Positions 1-11,640 of a stretch of DNA of 64,000 nt are shown piece after piece. The position numbers and the translations under genes are program-made. The stretch covers positions 138,549 through 202,548 of the forward strand of contig NIVC01000578.1 in NCBI GenBank assembly GCA_002269645.1, read 5' to 3'. Under the pieces are notes generated by a model. That model was not told where the DNA came from. It worked only from the letters and a program-made list of their open reading frames with translations, and made no database searches. Within the stretch, counting starts at the first letter, position 1. Every line of letters starts with the position of its first letter. This stretch comes from Macrostomum lignano. Taxonomy: Eukaryota.

Positions 1-59
1 TACTTCAAGTAGGCAAGTTTGGGACTCCAGCGTGTACTGGGGGTAGAATTTGATAAAAT

Positions 60-385
60 GCTGCAGATTGGCTATTAGTTTCATCAGTATTGGCAGATTG
101 GCTGGCAGTTTTGAGTATTGGCAGATTGGCTGGTAGTTTCATGAGTATTGGCAGATTGGCTGGCAGTTTTGAGTATTGGCAGATTGGCTGGTAGTTTTGA
201 GTATTGGCAGATTGGCAGGTAGTTTTGAGTATTGGCAGATTGGCAGGTAGTTTTGAGTATTGGCAGATTGGCTAGCAGTTTCATGAGTATTGGCAGATTG
301 GCTGGCAGTTTTGAGTATTGGCAGATTGGCTGGTAGTTTCATGAGTATTGGCAGATTAGCTGGTAGTTTCATGAATATTGGCAGA
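60..385. repeat. Minisatellite, ~28-31 bp unit (GAGTATTGGCAGATTGGCTGGCAGTTTT)
   Basis: About 10 visible tandem copies; explains the repetitive ORFs 84..284 and 139..399. Confidence 0.95.
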
Positions 386-839
386 GGATCGGCCCGCAAG
401 CTCAGCTATTTTACCTCGCTGAAACTAAAGGCTCAGGCCGTTTATAATTTATAATTTATAACATTTTTTACATTCGCTCCCTGCGAGCTGGTTGGTGTCC
501 ACCGCGGGCTCCGCATATTCCATGCTTTTCAGCGTGTGCGGTTAATGTGACTGCCGCTTACTTTTATTGGAGACAAAACCCAATATTGTAACTCACTGCC
601 CCGCTGCTTCCGCTGCAGCTTCTGCGACTGCAGCTTTTGCTTTGCTTTGCAAATTTCTGCCGTTTTTGTTATTTTTATCTACTGTAGCTTCCGCCATGCG
701 ATGGTCTGAGGGGTCGAGTGGGAAGATTCTGGCCTGCCAAAATTTCATATTGGAGGCCTCTCAATCATAGTATCGGCGCCTAGTAGTCACGCATTTGTGG
801 TAGGCTTTGAGGACTACTCAGGGTAGATTTTGAAACTAC

Positions 840-1130
840 TTGGGGTAGATTCTGGGACTATTTAGGGTAGATTCTGGGACTACTTGGGGTAGATTCTGGG
901 ACTATTTAGGGTAGATTCTTGGACTACTTGGGGTAGATTCTGGGACTGCCTAGGGTAGATTCTGGGACTACTTAGGGTAGATTCTGGGACTACTTAGGGT
1001 AGATTCTGGGACTACTTAGGGTAGGTTCTGGGACTGCTTGGGGTAGATTCTGGGACTACTTAGGGTAGATTCTGGGACTACTTAGGGTAGATTCTGGGCC
1101 TGCTTAGGGTAGATTCGGAGACTACTCAGA
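840..1130. repeat. Minisatellite, 22-23 bp unit (GGGTAGATTCTGGGACTACTTA)
   Basis: About 12 tandem copies. Confidence 0.95.
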
Positions 1131-1459
1131 GTGGGTTAAAAATCAGCGTTCCCCCTACTCGATCCCCTGGCCATTCCTCAGACATGAATCCGTACGCGGA
1201 GACAGACATGGCTTACACAGAGTTCAAAGTATTTGACAACTGCATAAATGTACTTTAGCCGGCCGCATCGGACCAAAATGAGAGCCTCTTGGCTCTGCAG
1301 CTGCAGACGCCAGTTCAAGCTGGGCGTTGCCTGCCGCTGTATTGCATAACGAACTTGATGTCTCCAGATTCCAATTGCGCGGTTTTTTTATCACTTTTGT
1401 GTTTGTAACTAATTTTGCTTCCAGTTTTTATCCTTGTGCTCATTATTATCGGAATTATA

Positions 1460-2240
1460 GTCGGCATTGAGCCCGGGTGAGACTCTCAGCTCCCAGTACT
1501 GTGAGACTGTCGGCATTGAGCCCAGGTGAGACTCTCAGCTCCCAGTACTGTGAGATTGTCGGCATTGAGCCCGGGTGAGACTCTCAGCTCCCAGTACTGT
1601 GAGATTGTCGGCATTGAGCCCGGGTGAGACTCTCAGCTCCCAGTACTGTGAGACTGTCGGCATTGAGCCCGGGAGGGACTCTCAGCTCCCAGTACTGTGA
1701 GACTGTCGGCATTGAGCCCGGGAGGGACTCTCAGCTCCCAGTACTGTGAGACTGTCGGCATTGAGCCCGGGAGGGACTCTCAGCTCCCAGTACTGTGAGA
1801 CTGTCGGCATTGAGCCCAGGTGAGACTCTCAGCTCCCAGTACTGTGAGACGTCGGCATTGAGCCCGGGTGAGACTCTCAGCTCCCAGTACTGTGAGATTG
1901 TCGGCATTGAGCCCGGGTGAGACTCTCAGCTCCCAGTACTGTGAGATTGTCGGCATTGAGCCCGGGTGAGACTCTCAGCTCCCCCAGTACTGTGAGATTG
2001 TCGGCATTGAGCCCGGGTGAGACTCTCAGCTCCCAGTACTGTGAGATTGTCGGCATTGAGCCCGGGTGGGACTCTCAGCTTCCAGTACTGTGAGATTGTC
2101 GGCATTGAGCCCGGGTGAGACTCTCAGCTCCCAGTACTGTGAGATTGTCGGCATTGAGCCCGGGTGGGACTCTCAGCTCCCAGTACTGTGAGATTGTCGG
2201 CATTGAGCCCGGGTGGGACTCTCAGCTCCCAGTACTGTGT
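1460..2240. repeat. Minisatellite, 49 bp unit (GTCGGCATTGAGCCCGGGTGAGACTCTCAGCTCCCAGTACTGTGAGATT)
   Basis: Copies start at 1460, 1509, 1558 and so on; about 16 near-identical units. Confidence 0.97.
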
Positions 2241-2540
2241 GATTGCTCGGTGACAACATTTTTTAACTCAATCATTTTAGCGTCACCAGTCTTAGTCTGT
2301 GAATTCAGTTTTACACCAATTAAACTGCCATTTTTACCTGTTCAAAGTCGATAATAAAAGATTATAATTTTTAGAATCGCACGCGCGCATATCAGTAGTA
2401 TGTGAGCGAATTGAAAATGCTTTGTATTACAAATAAATTCATTTATTTATCAGTTTCTTGGCAGCCTGCGCGGAGGCAGATTTTCTAATTACTGCAACTG
2501 AAGTTCGTGCGGCTTATTTCACCACCTGATTTGCTGACTT

Positions 2541-3800
2541 GAGTGAGTGCCAGTGTGTGCAGGAGTGATTTCCACTGTGTGCAGGAGTGGGTGCCAGTGT
2601 GTGCAGGAGTGGGTGCCAGTGTGTGCAGGAGTGATTTCCACTGTGTGCAGGAGTGGGTGCCAGTGTGTGCAGGAGTGGGTGCCAGTGTGTGCAGGAGTGG
2701 GTGCCAGTGTGTGCAGGAGTGGGTGCCAGTGTGTGCAGGAGTGATTTCCACTGTGTGCAGGAGTGATTTCCACTGTGTGCAGGATTGGGTACCAGTGTGT
2801 GCAGGAGTGAGTGCCAGTGTGTGCAGGAGTGATTTCCACTGTGTGCAGGAGTGGGTGCCAGTGTGTGCAGGAGTGGGTGCCAGTGTGTGCAGGAGTGGGT
2901 GCCAGTGTGTGCAGGAGTGGGTGCCAGTGTGTGCAGGAGTGATTTCCACTGTGTGCAGGAGTGATTTCCACTGTGTGCAGGATTGGGTACCAGTGTGTGC
3001 AGGAGTGAGTGCCAGTGTGTGCAGGAGTGATTTCCACTGTGTGCAGGAGTGGGTGCCAGTGTGTGTAGGAGTGGGTGCCAGTGTGTGCAGGAGTGATTTC
3101 CACTGTGTGCAGGAGTGATTTCCACTGTGTGCAGGAGTGGGTGCCAGTGTGTGCAGGAGTGGGTACCAGTGTGTGCAGGAGTGATTTCCACTGTGTGCAG
3201 GAGTGATTTCCACTGTGTGCAGGAGTGGGTGCCAGTGTGTGCAGGAGTGAGTGCCAGTGTGTGCAGGAGTGAGTGCCAGTGTGTGCAGGAGTGAGTGCCA
3301 GTGTGTGCAGGAGTGGGTGCCAATGTGTGCAGGATTGGGTACCAGTGTGTGCAGGAGTGAGTGCCAGTGTGTGCAGGAGTGAGTGCCAGTGTGTGCAGGA
3401 GTGAGTGCCAGTGTGTGCAGGAGTGAGTGCCAGTGTCGGCAGGAGTGGGTGCCACTGTGTGCAGGAGTGGGTGCCACTGTGTGCAGGATTGGGTGCCAGT
3501 GTGTGCAGGAGTGAGTGCCAGTGTGTGCAGGATTAGGTACCAGTGTGTGCAGGAGTGAGTGCCAGTGTGTGCAGGAGTGGGTGCCAGTGTGTGCAGGAGT
3601 GAGTGCCAGTGTGTGCAGGAGTGAGTGCCAGTGTGTGCAGGAGTGAGTGCCAGTGTGTGCAAGAGTGAGTGCCAAATGTGTGCAGGAGTGAGTGCCAGTG
3701 TGTGCAGGAGTGAGTGCCAGTGTGTGCAGGAGTGGGTGCCAGTGTGTGCAGGAGTGAGTGCCAGTGTGTGCAGGAGTGAGTGCCAGTGTGTGCAGCAGGT
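2541..3800. repeat. Minisatellite, 22 bp unit (GAGTG[AG]GTGCCAGTGTGTGCAG) with variant units
   Basis: About 57 copies; the 22-aa periodicity in all minus-strand frames confirms the 22-bp unit. Confidence 0.97.
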
Positions 3801-4636
3801 GTGCCTGAATTGTCAGCCTGCACACACTGACACATTGTGTCAGTCAGTGGGACAAAAGTCAGTTTGAGCTGGTCTGCTAATCAACTACTAATTTTTCATT
3901 ACACAGTTTCTGGTGGCTAATAAATTTGTTACAGTAATTTCACCAGCTTGTAAGAGTGGATTGGGGTGCATCACAATGCAATGTTAAGTAGTGGATTTTC
4001 GTCTTTGTACGCTCGTGGCTGCCTCAACAGGTCGGGCAAAAGGCGATTTGCTCCTACAGTATGGGAAATCTCAGACTGCAAGGTAGGTCTCGCCAGTCGG
4101 CCTCTCCCATTTAAAAATTATCGATTTTCGATCCTCCCCGCTCTCACCCTGACTGGCATGACTGCCTCCCGGGGGGGGGGGGGAGCTGCTGAGTGTTCTG
4201 GGGTTGGCAGCCTTTGGAAAGGAGTAGCGGAGCGGTGGCTCCAATATGCCAGACTGTGCGACTCCCGCAGCGTATTAGGGAGTGAACTATTCCCTTAGGA
4301 AGCCACTGGTAATCCCGTCTGCTCAATGGGCGTCGCCTTAGCTGTGATTGAATTCTGAACTGCCAGGATCTGAGCCGCTGTCAGCAGCAGGCGCCAGGAG
4401 TTGGAGATCCCCAGATTCGGCCGGCCGCCCTCCCAGCTGCTGCCTGCCGGTGGCGGCGCCGGGCCCAGCAGCGGCCTGCAGAGCCACGCAATGCTGGACT
4501 TCAGGCGGACGCGATGGCGCCAGCGAAATCTGATGAGCATGACGGATGACGAGCTGCGGCCTTTCATAGGCGTGAGCCGCCTGCTGCCCGTGAGACTGCT
4601 TTGGATGAGTTTGGGTGGCGTGCCTAACAGGATGCC

Positions 4637-5190
4637 GTGTCTAACAGGGTGATGTGATTGTCTAACAGGGTTGGCGTGTCTAACAGGGTGATGTGATTGT
4701 CTAACAGGGTTGGCGTGTCTAACAGGGTGATGTGATTGTCTAACAGGGTGATGTGATTGTCTAACAGGGTTGGCGTGTCTAACAGGGTGATGTGATTGTC
4801 TAACAGAGTTGGCGTGTCTAACAGGGTGATGTGATTGTCTAACAGAGTTGGCGTGTCTAACAGGGTGATGTGATTGTCTAACAGAGTTGGCGTGTCTAAC
4901 AGGGTGATGTGATTGTCTAACAGAGTTGGCGTGTCTAACAGGGTGATGTGATTGTCTAACAGGGTTGGCGTGTCTAACAGGGTGATGTGATTGTCTAACA
5001 GGGTTGGCGTGTCTAACAGGGTGATGTGATTGTCTAACAGAGTTGGCGTGTCTAACAGGGTGATGTGATTGTCTAACAGGGTTGGCGTGTCTAACAGGCG
5101 CTGTGTCTAACAGGGTGCTCTGTCTAACAGGGTTGGCGTGTCTAACAGGCGCTGTGTCTAACAGGGTTGACATGTCTAGCAGGGTGCAGT
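4637..5190. repeat. Composite minisatellite, 21+18 bp (39 bp) built on a TCTAACAGGG core
   Basis: Alternating TCTAACAGGGTGATGTGATTG and TCTAACAGGGTTGGCGTG units. Confidence 0.95.
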
Positions 5191-5864
5191 GTCTAACGGG
5201 GAGGCGTACATGTATCTCCGTCTAACAGGGAAATGTCTATGCATAACAGGGTGATGTGTTTGTCTAACAATCAGGTAGAGCAGTGTATCTATCTAAAAGA
5301 CAATCATGTGTCAGTCTGCTCCACTGGCAGCCACAGTACAAGTAGGCAGAAAAGCCTGTACCCCACCGTAGGTTTCAAGCACTAACAGGTAGCAATGTCT
5401 CCGAATAACACAGAGCCACAGGTTAATGAACGCCTGCGCAAGAAAAGCTTTTAGCAAAATTAGTGCAATTTTTTGTCGCGTAAAAGTGGAGCTTTAGAAT
5501 AGAATTGGCCAGCTCTGCTGCATAAAAAATACCCACCCAGCAACTGCCTGGTGTGCGTTTCAAATGAGCTCTTTGCTCAGCTTTGCCCCTCCCCGCCTCG
5601 CCAGTGCTCAAAACTGCTCTTCACTTCGCATTGTTGCTCTTTGAGAATCCAAAATGCAGTCCTCGGGTCTGCGCTGGACCTGCTTAAATAAACGGGGCAG
5701 CAGAGGCGGTGCCTTAGCTGACACTGTATAGAGACTGAGCTGCTCAGCTGCATCAATTTGAGCTTTGAGCTATGCTGGCACACAGCACCCTGCTGCTGTC
5801 CACCGCTGCGACTGCGGGCGGCAGGCAGCGCCTGAGAAGAGTAGCTGGAAGTAGAGTAAGTAGG

Positions 5865-6612
5865 GCAGGGAGTAGGCGGTGAGTAGGCAGTGAGTAGGCA
5901 GGGAGTAGGCAGTGAGTAGGCAGGGAGTAGGGCAGTGAGTAGGCAGTGAGTAGGCAGGGAGTAGGCAGTGAGTAGGGCAGGGAGTAGGCAGTGAGTAGGC
6001 AGTGAGTAGGGCAGGGAGTAGGCAGTGAGTAGGGCAGGGAGTAGGCAGTGAGTAGGGCAGGGAGTAGGCGGTGAGTAGGCAGTGAGTAGGCAGGGAGTAG
6101 GCAGTGAGTAGGCAGGGAGTAGGGCAGTGAGTAGGCAGTGAGTAGGCAGGGAGTAGGCAGTGAGTAGGGCAGGGAGTAGGCAGTGAGTAGGCAGTGAGTA
6201 GGGCAGGGAGTAGGCAGTGAGTAGGGCAGGGAGTAGGCAGTGAGTAGGGCAGGGAGTAGGCAGTGAGTAGGCAGTGAGTAGGGCAGGGAGTAGGCAGTGA
6301 GTAGGGCAGGGAGTAGGCAGTGAGTAGGGCAGGGAGTAGGCAGTGAGTAGGGCAGGGAGTAGGCAGGGAGTAGGCAGTGAGTAGGCAGTGAGTAGGGCAG
6401 GGAGTAGGCGGTGATAGGCAGTGAGTAGGCAGTGAGTAGGCAGTGAGTAGGCAGGGAGTAGACAGTGAGTAGGCAGTGAGTAGGGCAGGGAGTAGGCGGT
6501 GATAGGCAGTGAGTAGGCAGTGAGTAGGCAGGGAGTAGGCGGTGAGTAGGCAGTGAGTAGGCAGTGAGTAGGCAGGGAGTAGGCGGTGAGTAGGCAGTGA
6601 GTAGGCAGTGAT
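5865..6612. repeat. Minisatellite of 11-12 bp units (GAGTAGGCAGT / GAGTAGGGCAGG)
   Basis: Dense tandem array of two variant units. Confidence 0.95.
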
Positions 6613-7089
6613 GCTGTTTACGCAAAGCAGTAAAATTGTCGATCACAACTCTCCAATCCCATTCATTGGATTTCAGAGAGCGTACGACGGGATTGACAAT
6701 GCTGCCATGGGGTGAGCGGTGGCAGTAAAGTCCACTAACTTTTCAGAAAATATTTTAGCATTTTCACTGTACTCCAGTTTTCACAAACTGCACTGTTGCC
6801 AGGAGATTTTGAAGTCTCGAGCTTGTCACCCCCATACTCGGCATCCCTTCAAACCCCAGCAGCATCCAGCTCAGCCTCAACGACCCGTCCAGATCCCGAC
6901 GCTCGGGAGACTTCACCGACCAGCAGCAGCCGCAGCAGCCGCAGCTGTACGCTGACTACCGGAGGCGCTCACTGACCGCGGACAGCGACACCACCAGCCT
7001 GGGGCGCGGTCGGGACGGCGCTAAGGGGTGATTAAAATTGCTCATAACTGTATTATTATGAAACTACATAATACACTCTGAAGTGCCTA

Positions 7090-7440
7090 ATATCCTCTTA
7101 TAGCAGAGCTAAGCTGCTTTAAAGTATTTGAGATACTCTAAAGCACATAAGACACCCTAAAGGTGGATAAGGTACCCTAAAAGTGCATAAGATACTCTAA
7201 AAGTGCATGAGATACTCTAAAAGTGCATAAGATACCCTAAAGGTGGATAAGATACCCTAAAAGTGCAAAGATACCCTAAAAGGGCATAAGATACCCTTAA
7301 GGTGTCTAGGATACCCTAAAAGTGTATAAGATACCCTAAAAGTGCATAAGATACATTAAAGTGCCTAAGATACCCTAAAAGTGCATAAGATATTCTAAAA
7401 GTGCAAAAGATACCCTAAAGTGCGCAAGATACTCTTAAGT
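7090..7440. repeat. Degenerate ~22 bp minisatellite (AAAGTGCATAAGATACCCTAA)
   Basis: About 15 diverged copies, intronic. Confidence 0.85.
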
Positions 7441-7652
7441 GAGCATCCAAAATACTGGTCAAAGTCTCGTCAAAGTATCCGCTTGAGTTTGATTCCGTGC
7501 ACGGCGCGCGCATGAGGCCTGACGATGAGAGAAAGCCAGCCGCTGTTACACCCTGTGTGAGCGTGTCCGTGTGCATGCTCAGGATATGAGCGTGACTGCT
7601 GGCCTAATTAAGGGCTGACTGGCTCGAGCCCACCTGAGAACTGACCCGCTAG

Positions 7653-10600
7653 CAACTGAACCGCCCCCCGCCAGCCTCCCCAGCACCACGCCGGTCGGCT
7701 CGTACATCAGCGGCGTCCTCGGCGGCTCGCTGCATCCCGGCCTGGCCGCCGACGATCTGGCGGACGATGCCGAGGCTGCCGACGTGCAAGACGAGGACGC
7801 GAAGAGCGCGGCAGATTCGGCTAGCGAGGCGGTGGTGCGGCTTCGAGCGGAGAACGCGCGCCTGGCCGAGCGGCTGCGCAGCGCCGAGCAGCGGGCGCGC
7901 CAGGCCGAGAGAGAGCGCCTAGCCCTGGCGGAGCGGGCGTTGGCGACAGCCGGCGAGCTGGACGAGGCGCGCGAGGAGCTGCGCGAGGAGCAGCGGCTGG
8001 CGGCCGGCTTGAAACGGCAGTTGGAGTCGGAGAGAGCGGCGAGACCCGAGTGAGTGACTGAGAGGTGTGACCGATAAGAGTGACTGAGAGGTGTGACCGA
8101 TGAGAGTGACCGATGAGAGTGACTGATGAGAGTGACTGATGAGAGTGACTGATGAGAGTGACTGATGAGAGTGACCGATGAGAGTGACCGATGAGAGTGA
8201 CCGATGAGAGTGATCGATGAGAGTGACCGATGAGAGTGATCGATGAGAGTGAGTGATGAGAGTGACTGATGAGGTGACCGATGAGAGTGACTGATGAGAG
8301 TGACCGATGAGAGTGATCGATGAGAGTGACTGATAAGAGTAGGCAATTAAAATTGACAACATTAAGAGTGACCAACACGAGAGTCATTCAAGACCCGTTT
8401 AACTCCCCAGCCCCTCGGAGTCGCCGCAGTCACCGCCAGGCAGTTCGCTGGACGCGGAGCTGGAGCGGGCGAACCGGCGGGCCGGCAGCCTGGAGCGCAG
8501 CCTCCAGGAGATGCAGCGCCGGCTGCTGCTGGCCGAAAGTCGCCAGGTTGGCGCTGACAATGAAGCGGCAGCAGCAGCGGCTTCTGACGATCTGGAAGCC
8601 GCGCCGTCGACGTCCCCGATGGATCCCGCAGCGGCCCTGGCTGTCGGCGCCATGTCGCAGGCGGTCGCCGATTTACGCGCCGATTCAGAGGCGCTGCGGC
8701 GCCGGGCGGCCCGCGACGAGTTGGCACGCAAGCGCCGGCTGGAAGAGGTGGAAGAAAAGGCGGCGGACGGGCAGCGGGCGAGTGAAGAGGCACTGCTATC
8801 CGTGTCGCTGGGGCTCGAGTCCGCCAGGGCGCAGAACGCCGAGCTGAGGCAGCTGCTGGAGCGGAGCGAGGCTGCGCGGGCGGGACAGAGTCGGAAGCTG
8901 GGGAGGCTGCAGGTGAGCCGGAAGCTGGGGAGGCTGCAGGTGAGCCGGAAGCTGGGGAGGCTGCAGATGAGCCGGAAGCTGGGGAGGCTGCAGGTGAGCC
9001 GGAAGCTGGGGAGGCTGCAGGTGAGCCGGAAGCTGGGGAGGCTGCAGGTGAGCCGGAAGCTGGGGAGGCTGCAGGTGAGCCTGAGCTAGGGAGGCTGCAG
9101 GTGAGCCGGAAGCTGGGGAGGCTGCAGATGAAGCTTATGAAGCTCCAGAGAGACTCAAGTATCAGTGGAATCTCTGTCCAATCCTCAGGAGGACTTCGGC
9201 CAGCTGCAGGAGTCCCAGTCGGGCCTGGAGGCCTGGGCCGCCCAGGTGGCCGCAGGGCGCGAGGACCTGCGGCAGCTCGGCGAGGCAAACAGCGAACTGC
9301 GCGCCCGGCTGGACTGGCTGGAGCGCGGGCTGGACGGCCTGGGCGCGGAGCTGCGGGCCGCGCGAGCCGAGGCGGCGAGGCGCAGCGAGCGGTGCCGCCG
9401 GCTGGCCGAGGAGGCGGCGCGAGCTCGCCAGGCCGAGGAGAAGTCGGGGCGGGCGGCGGCGGCGGCGTCGGCGACTCTCGGCCGGGTGGCGGCGGAGCAC
9501 CGATCACTTCGCCGGCGGCTGGGTGCGGCTGCGGAGGCGGCGGAGGCGGCCGGGGCTGCGAAGGTGGCGCGGCAGCTGCGGGAGCTGGCGGGGTCGCTGA
9601 GCGCTGAATTTCAGGTGCGGCGTTTTGGTGGGGCGATAGGGATGTCAGGAGAATGAAGGGGATGTCAGGAGAATGAAGGGGATGTCAGGAGAATGAAGGG
9701 GATGTCAGGAGAATGAAGGGGATGTCAGGAGAATGAAGGGGATGTCAGGAGAATGAAGGGGATGTCAGGAGAATGAAGGGGACGTCAGGAGAATGAAGGG
9801 GATGTCAGGAGAATGAAGGAGATGTCAGGAGAATGAAGGGGATGTCAGGAGAATGAAGGGGATGTCAGGAGAATGAAGGGGATGTCAGGAGAATGAAGGG
9901 GGTGTCAGGAGAATGAAGGGATGTCAGGAGAATGAAGGGGATGTCAGGAGAATGAAGGGGATGTCAGGAGAATGAAGGGGATGTCAGGAGAATGAAGGGG
10001 ATGTCAGGAGAATGAAGGGGATGTCAGGAGAATGAAGGGGATGTCAGGAGAATGAAGGGGATGTCAGGAGAATGAAGGGGATGTCAGGAGAATGAAGGGG
10101 ATGTCAGGAGAATGAAGGGGATGTCAGAAGAATGAATGGGCCTGTACACATATACTCACTGTACACATGTATTCACTGTACACATGTACTCACTGTACAC
10201 ATGTACTCAGTGTACACATGTACTCACTGTACACATGTACTCACTGTACACATGTAGAGCTGAGAAACCCAAACCCAGTGCAGTAGAATTTATTATCCAA
10301 CAAACCAACTGCTGCAAAAGGCGCCCGAAGTCGACCGGCAGCAGCCGGCGCTGGAATCGGCCGGGCTGCAGGCCGAACTGCGCGCCAGCCAGCGGGCCGG
10401 CCGGCAGCTTCAAGGCGAAGTTGACCGGCTGCGCCGCGAATTGCAGGTGGCCATCGAGAAGCTGACGGACTGCGAGGCCAAGCTGTACCTGGCCAGAGAG
10501 GTGACCGCCCGCCCTTGGTGCCGGTCTTTGTCTTGGTGTCGGTCTTTGTCTTGGTGCCGGTCTTTGTCTTGGTGCCGATCTTTGTCTTGGTACCGGTCTT

Positions 10601-11640
10601 TGCCTTGGTGCCGGTGTTGCTGCTTCCCAGCCTGCTGTTTGTTTATTTATTGGTTGCCATGGCTACCTACCGATAATATCGGTTGCTACTAGCTATTCCC
10701 ATGTATTCACATTTATTTGATTTACCTTGGATACGGCATAGCAACCCTTTTATGTCCAGCTATTTCCTTATATGTTTGCTACTACCTATCAAACCGCAGG
10801 TGGCCGGCAGCGAGTCGGACTCCGGGCTCGGTGACGTCACAGCGGAGCCGCGGCGCAGGTCGAACGCTCAGCTGGCCGCACTGATCGAGCAGATCGACCT
10901 GGTGGAGGCCAGAGGGGACAGTCTGCTGGCTTTGAAGCGCCGCCAGGTGCAGGAGGCCGCAACGGTGAGTGGCCACATCAGAAGAATCCCCTGTCAGTGC
11001 TAGTGTTCTAAATAGCTCGATAGCTCGCCTGCTATGTGCACTGGATTCTCGGTCTGACCACTCAGGACCCAACCTCACGCCGCCAGCAGTTTACATGCCT
11101 ACATCCACCACCCCATTCTCGTCGCCCACTTCTACCCCATTGTAGCCTTTTAACACCCCATTATAGCTCCACCACCATCTCATTCTCGATCCCCACCAAG
11201 CCATTCTTGGCCCCACCAAGCCATTCTCGGCTCCCACCACCCCATTCTCGGTACCACCACCCCATTCTCGGCCCCACCCCATTCTAACCCACTATCACCC
11301 AATCCTCGCCCCACCACCCCATTCTAGCCCCCACAACCCATTCTCGCTCCCACAACCCATTCTCGCCCCCACAACCCATTCTCGCCCCCACCTACCCTAT
11401 TCTCGCCCCACCACCCCATTCTTACATGTACATCAGACCAACTGAACAAGCAGCAGAAAAGGTTTAAACTATCAGGAAATGTCACCCTCGCTTTCTTTCA
11501 GCCTGCAGCAGCGCAGAGCCAGAAGCAGGCGACAGCGATGGCGCCTCCTGGCGGCGGCGGGCCTCCAGTTCCTGAGGACAGGAGCGACATGCAGCGCCTT
11601 CTGCGAATGCTGCTGTACAATTCCGGGGGCAGCCGCTGAG
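7653..11640 (+). CDS. Multi-exon coiled-coil protein, family unassigned (partial model)
   Basis: GC-rich, phase-compatible exons with GT-AG ends: 7653-8049, 8411-8912, 9189-9614, ~10320/10372-10500, 10800-10964 and a terminal exon from 11502. They encode heptad-rich A/E/R/L segments (RLRAENARLAERLRSAEQRARQAERE; LRARLDWLERGLDGL; LRRELQVAIEKLTDCEAKL). Possible upstream exons near 4370-4570 and 6875-7007 were not firmly linked; the frame of the last exon is uncertain. Confidence 0.7.
8050..8340. repeat. Intronic 13 bp minisatellite (GATGAGAGTGACC) starting at the splice donor
   Basis: About 22 copies directly after GTGAGT at 8050. Confidence 0.93.
8890..9130. repeat. 27 bp tandem repeat spanning an exon-intron boundary (GCCGGAAGCTGGGGAGGCTGCAG|GTGA)
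   Basis: About 9 copies; each intact copy contains CAG|GTGAGC. Confidence 0.95.
9641..10135. repeat. Intronic 20 bp minisatellite (GATGTCAGGAGAATGAAGGG)
   Basis: About 25 near-perfect copies. Confidence 0.97.
10140..10256. repeat. 17 bp minisatellite (ACTCACTGTACACATGT)
   Basis: About 7 copies abutting the 20-bp array. Confidence 0.9.
10515..10615. repeat. 18 bp minisatellite (TGGTGCCGGTCTTTGTCT)
   Basis: 5-6 copies just after the donor at 10501. Confidence 0.88.
11105..11420. repeat. Degenerate ~19-21 bp C-rich minisatellite (CCCCATTCTCGCCCCACCA)
   Basis: About 14 diverged copies, intronic. Confidence 0.85.

Noticed and set aside
1460-2240. CRISPR-like appearance of the regular 22-57 bp repeats
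   Set aside because: Units are head-to-tail with no unique spacers, there are no cas genes, and the context is eukaryotic and spliced.
2485-3825. Long His/Thr/Cys-rich ORFs (446, 382, 194 aa), and similar long ORFs over the arrays at 4.3-5.2, 5.8-6.6, 26-27, 28, 30-31, 32-33, 37.3-38.5 and 63-63.8 kb
   Set aside because: They are translations of stop-free minisatellites, open in several frames and on both strands, with periodicity equal to the repeat unit.
1140-4640. Possible upstream exons of the coiled-coil gene (MNPYAETDMAYTEFK at ~1182; MGNLRLQ at 4061; AVSSRRQELEIPRF at ~4375)
   Set aside because: Splice-like signals exist, but a phase-consistent chain to the 7653 exon could not be built.
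5630-5700. RIQNAVLGSALDLL resembling the C-terminus of some non-LTR ORFs
   Set aside because: Too short, with adjacent stops and no other RT or endonuclease remnants.
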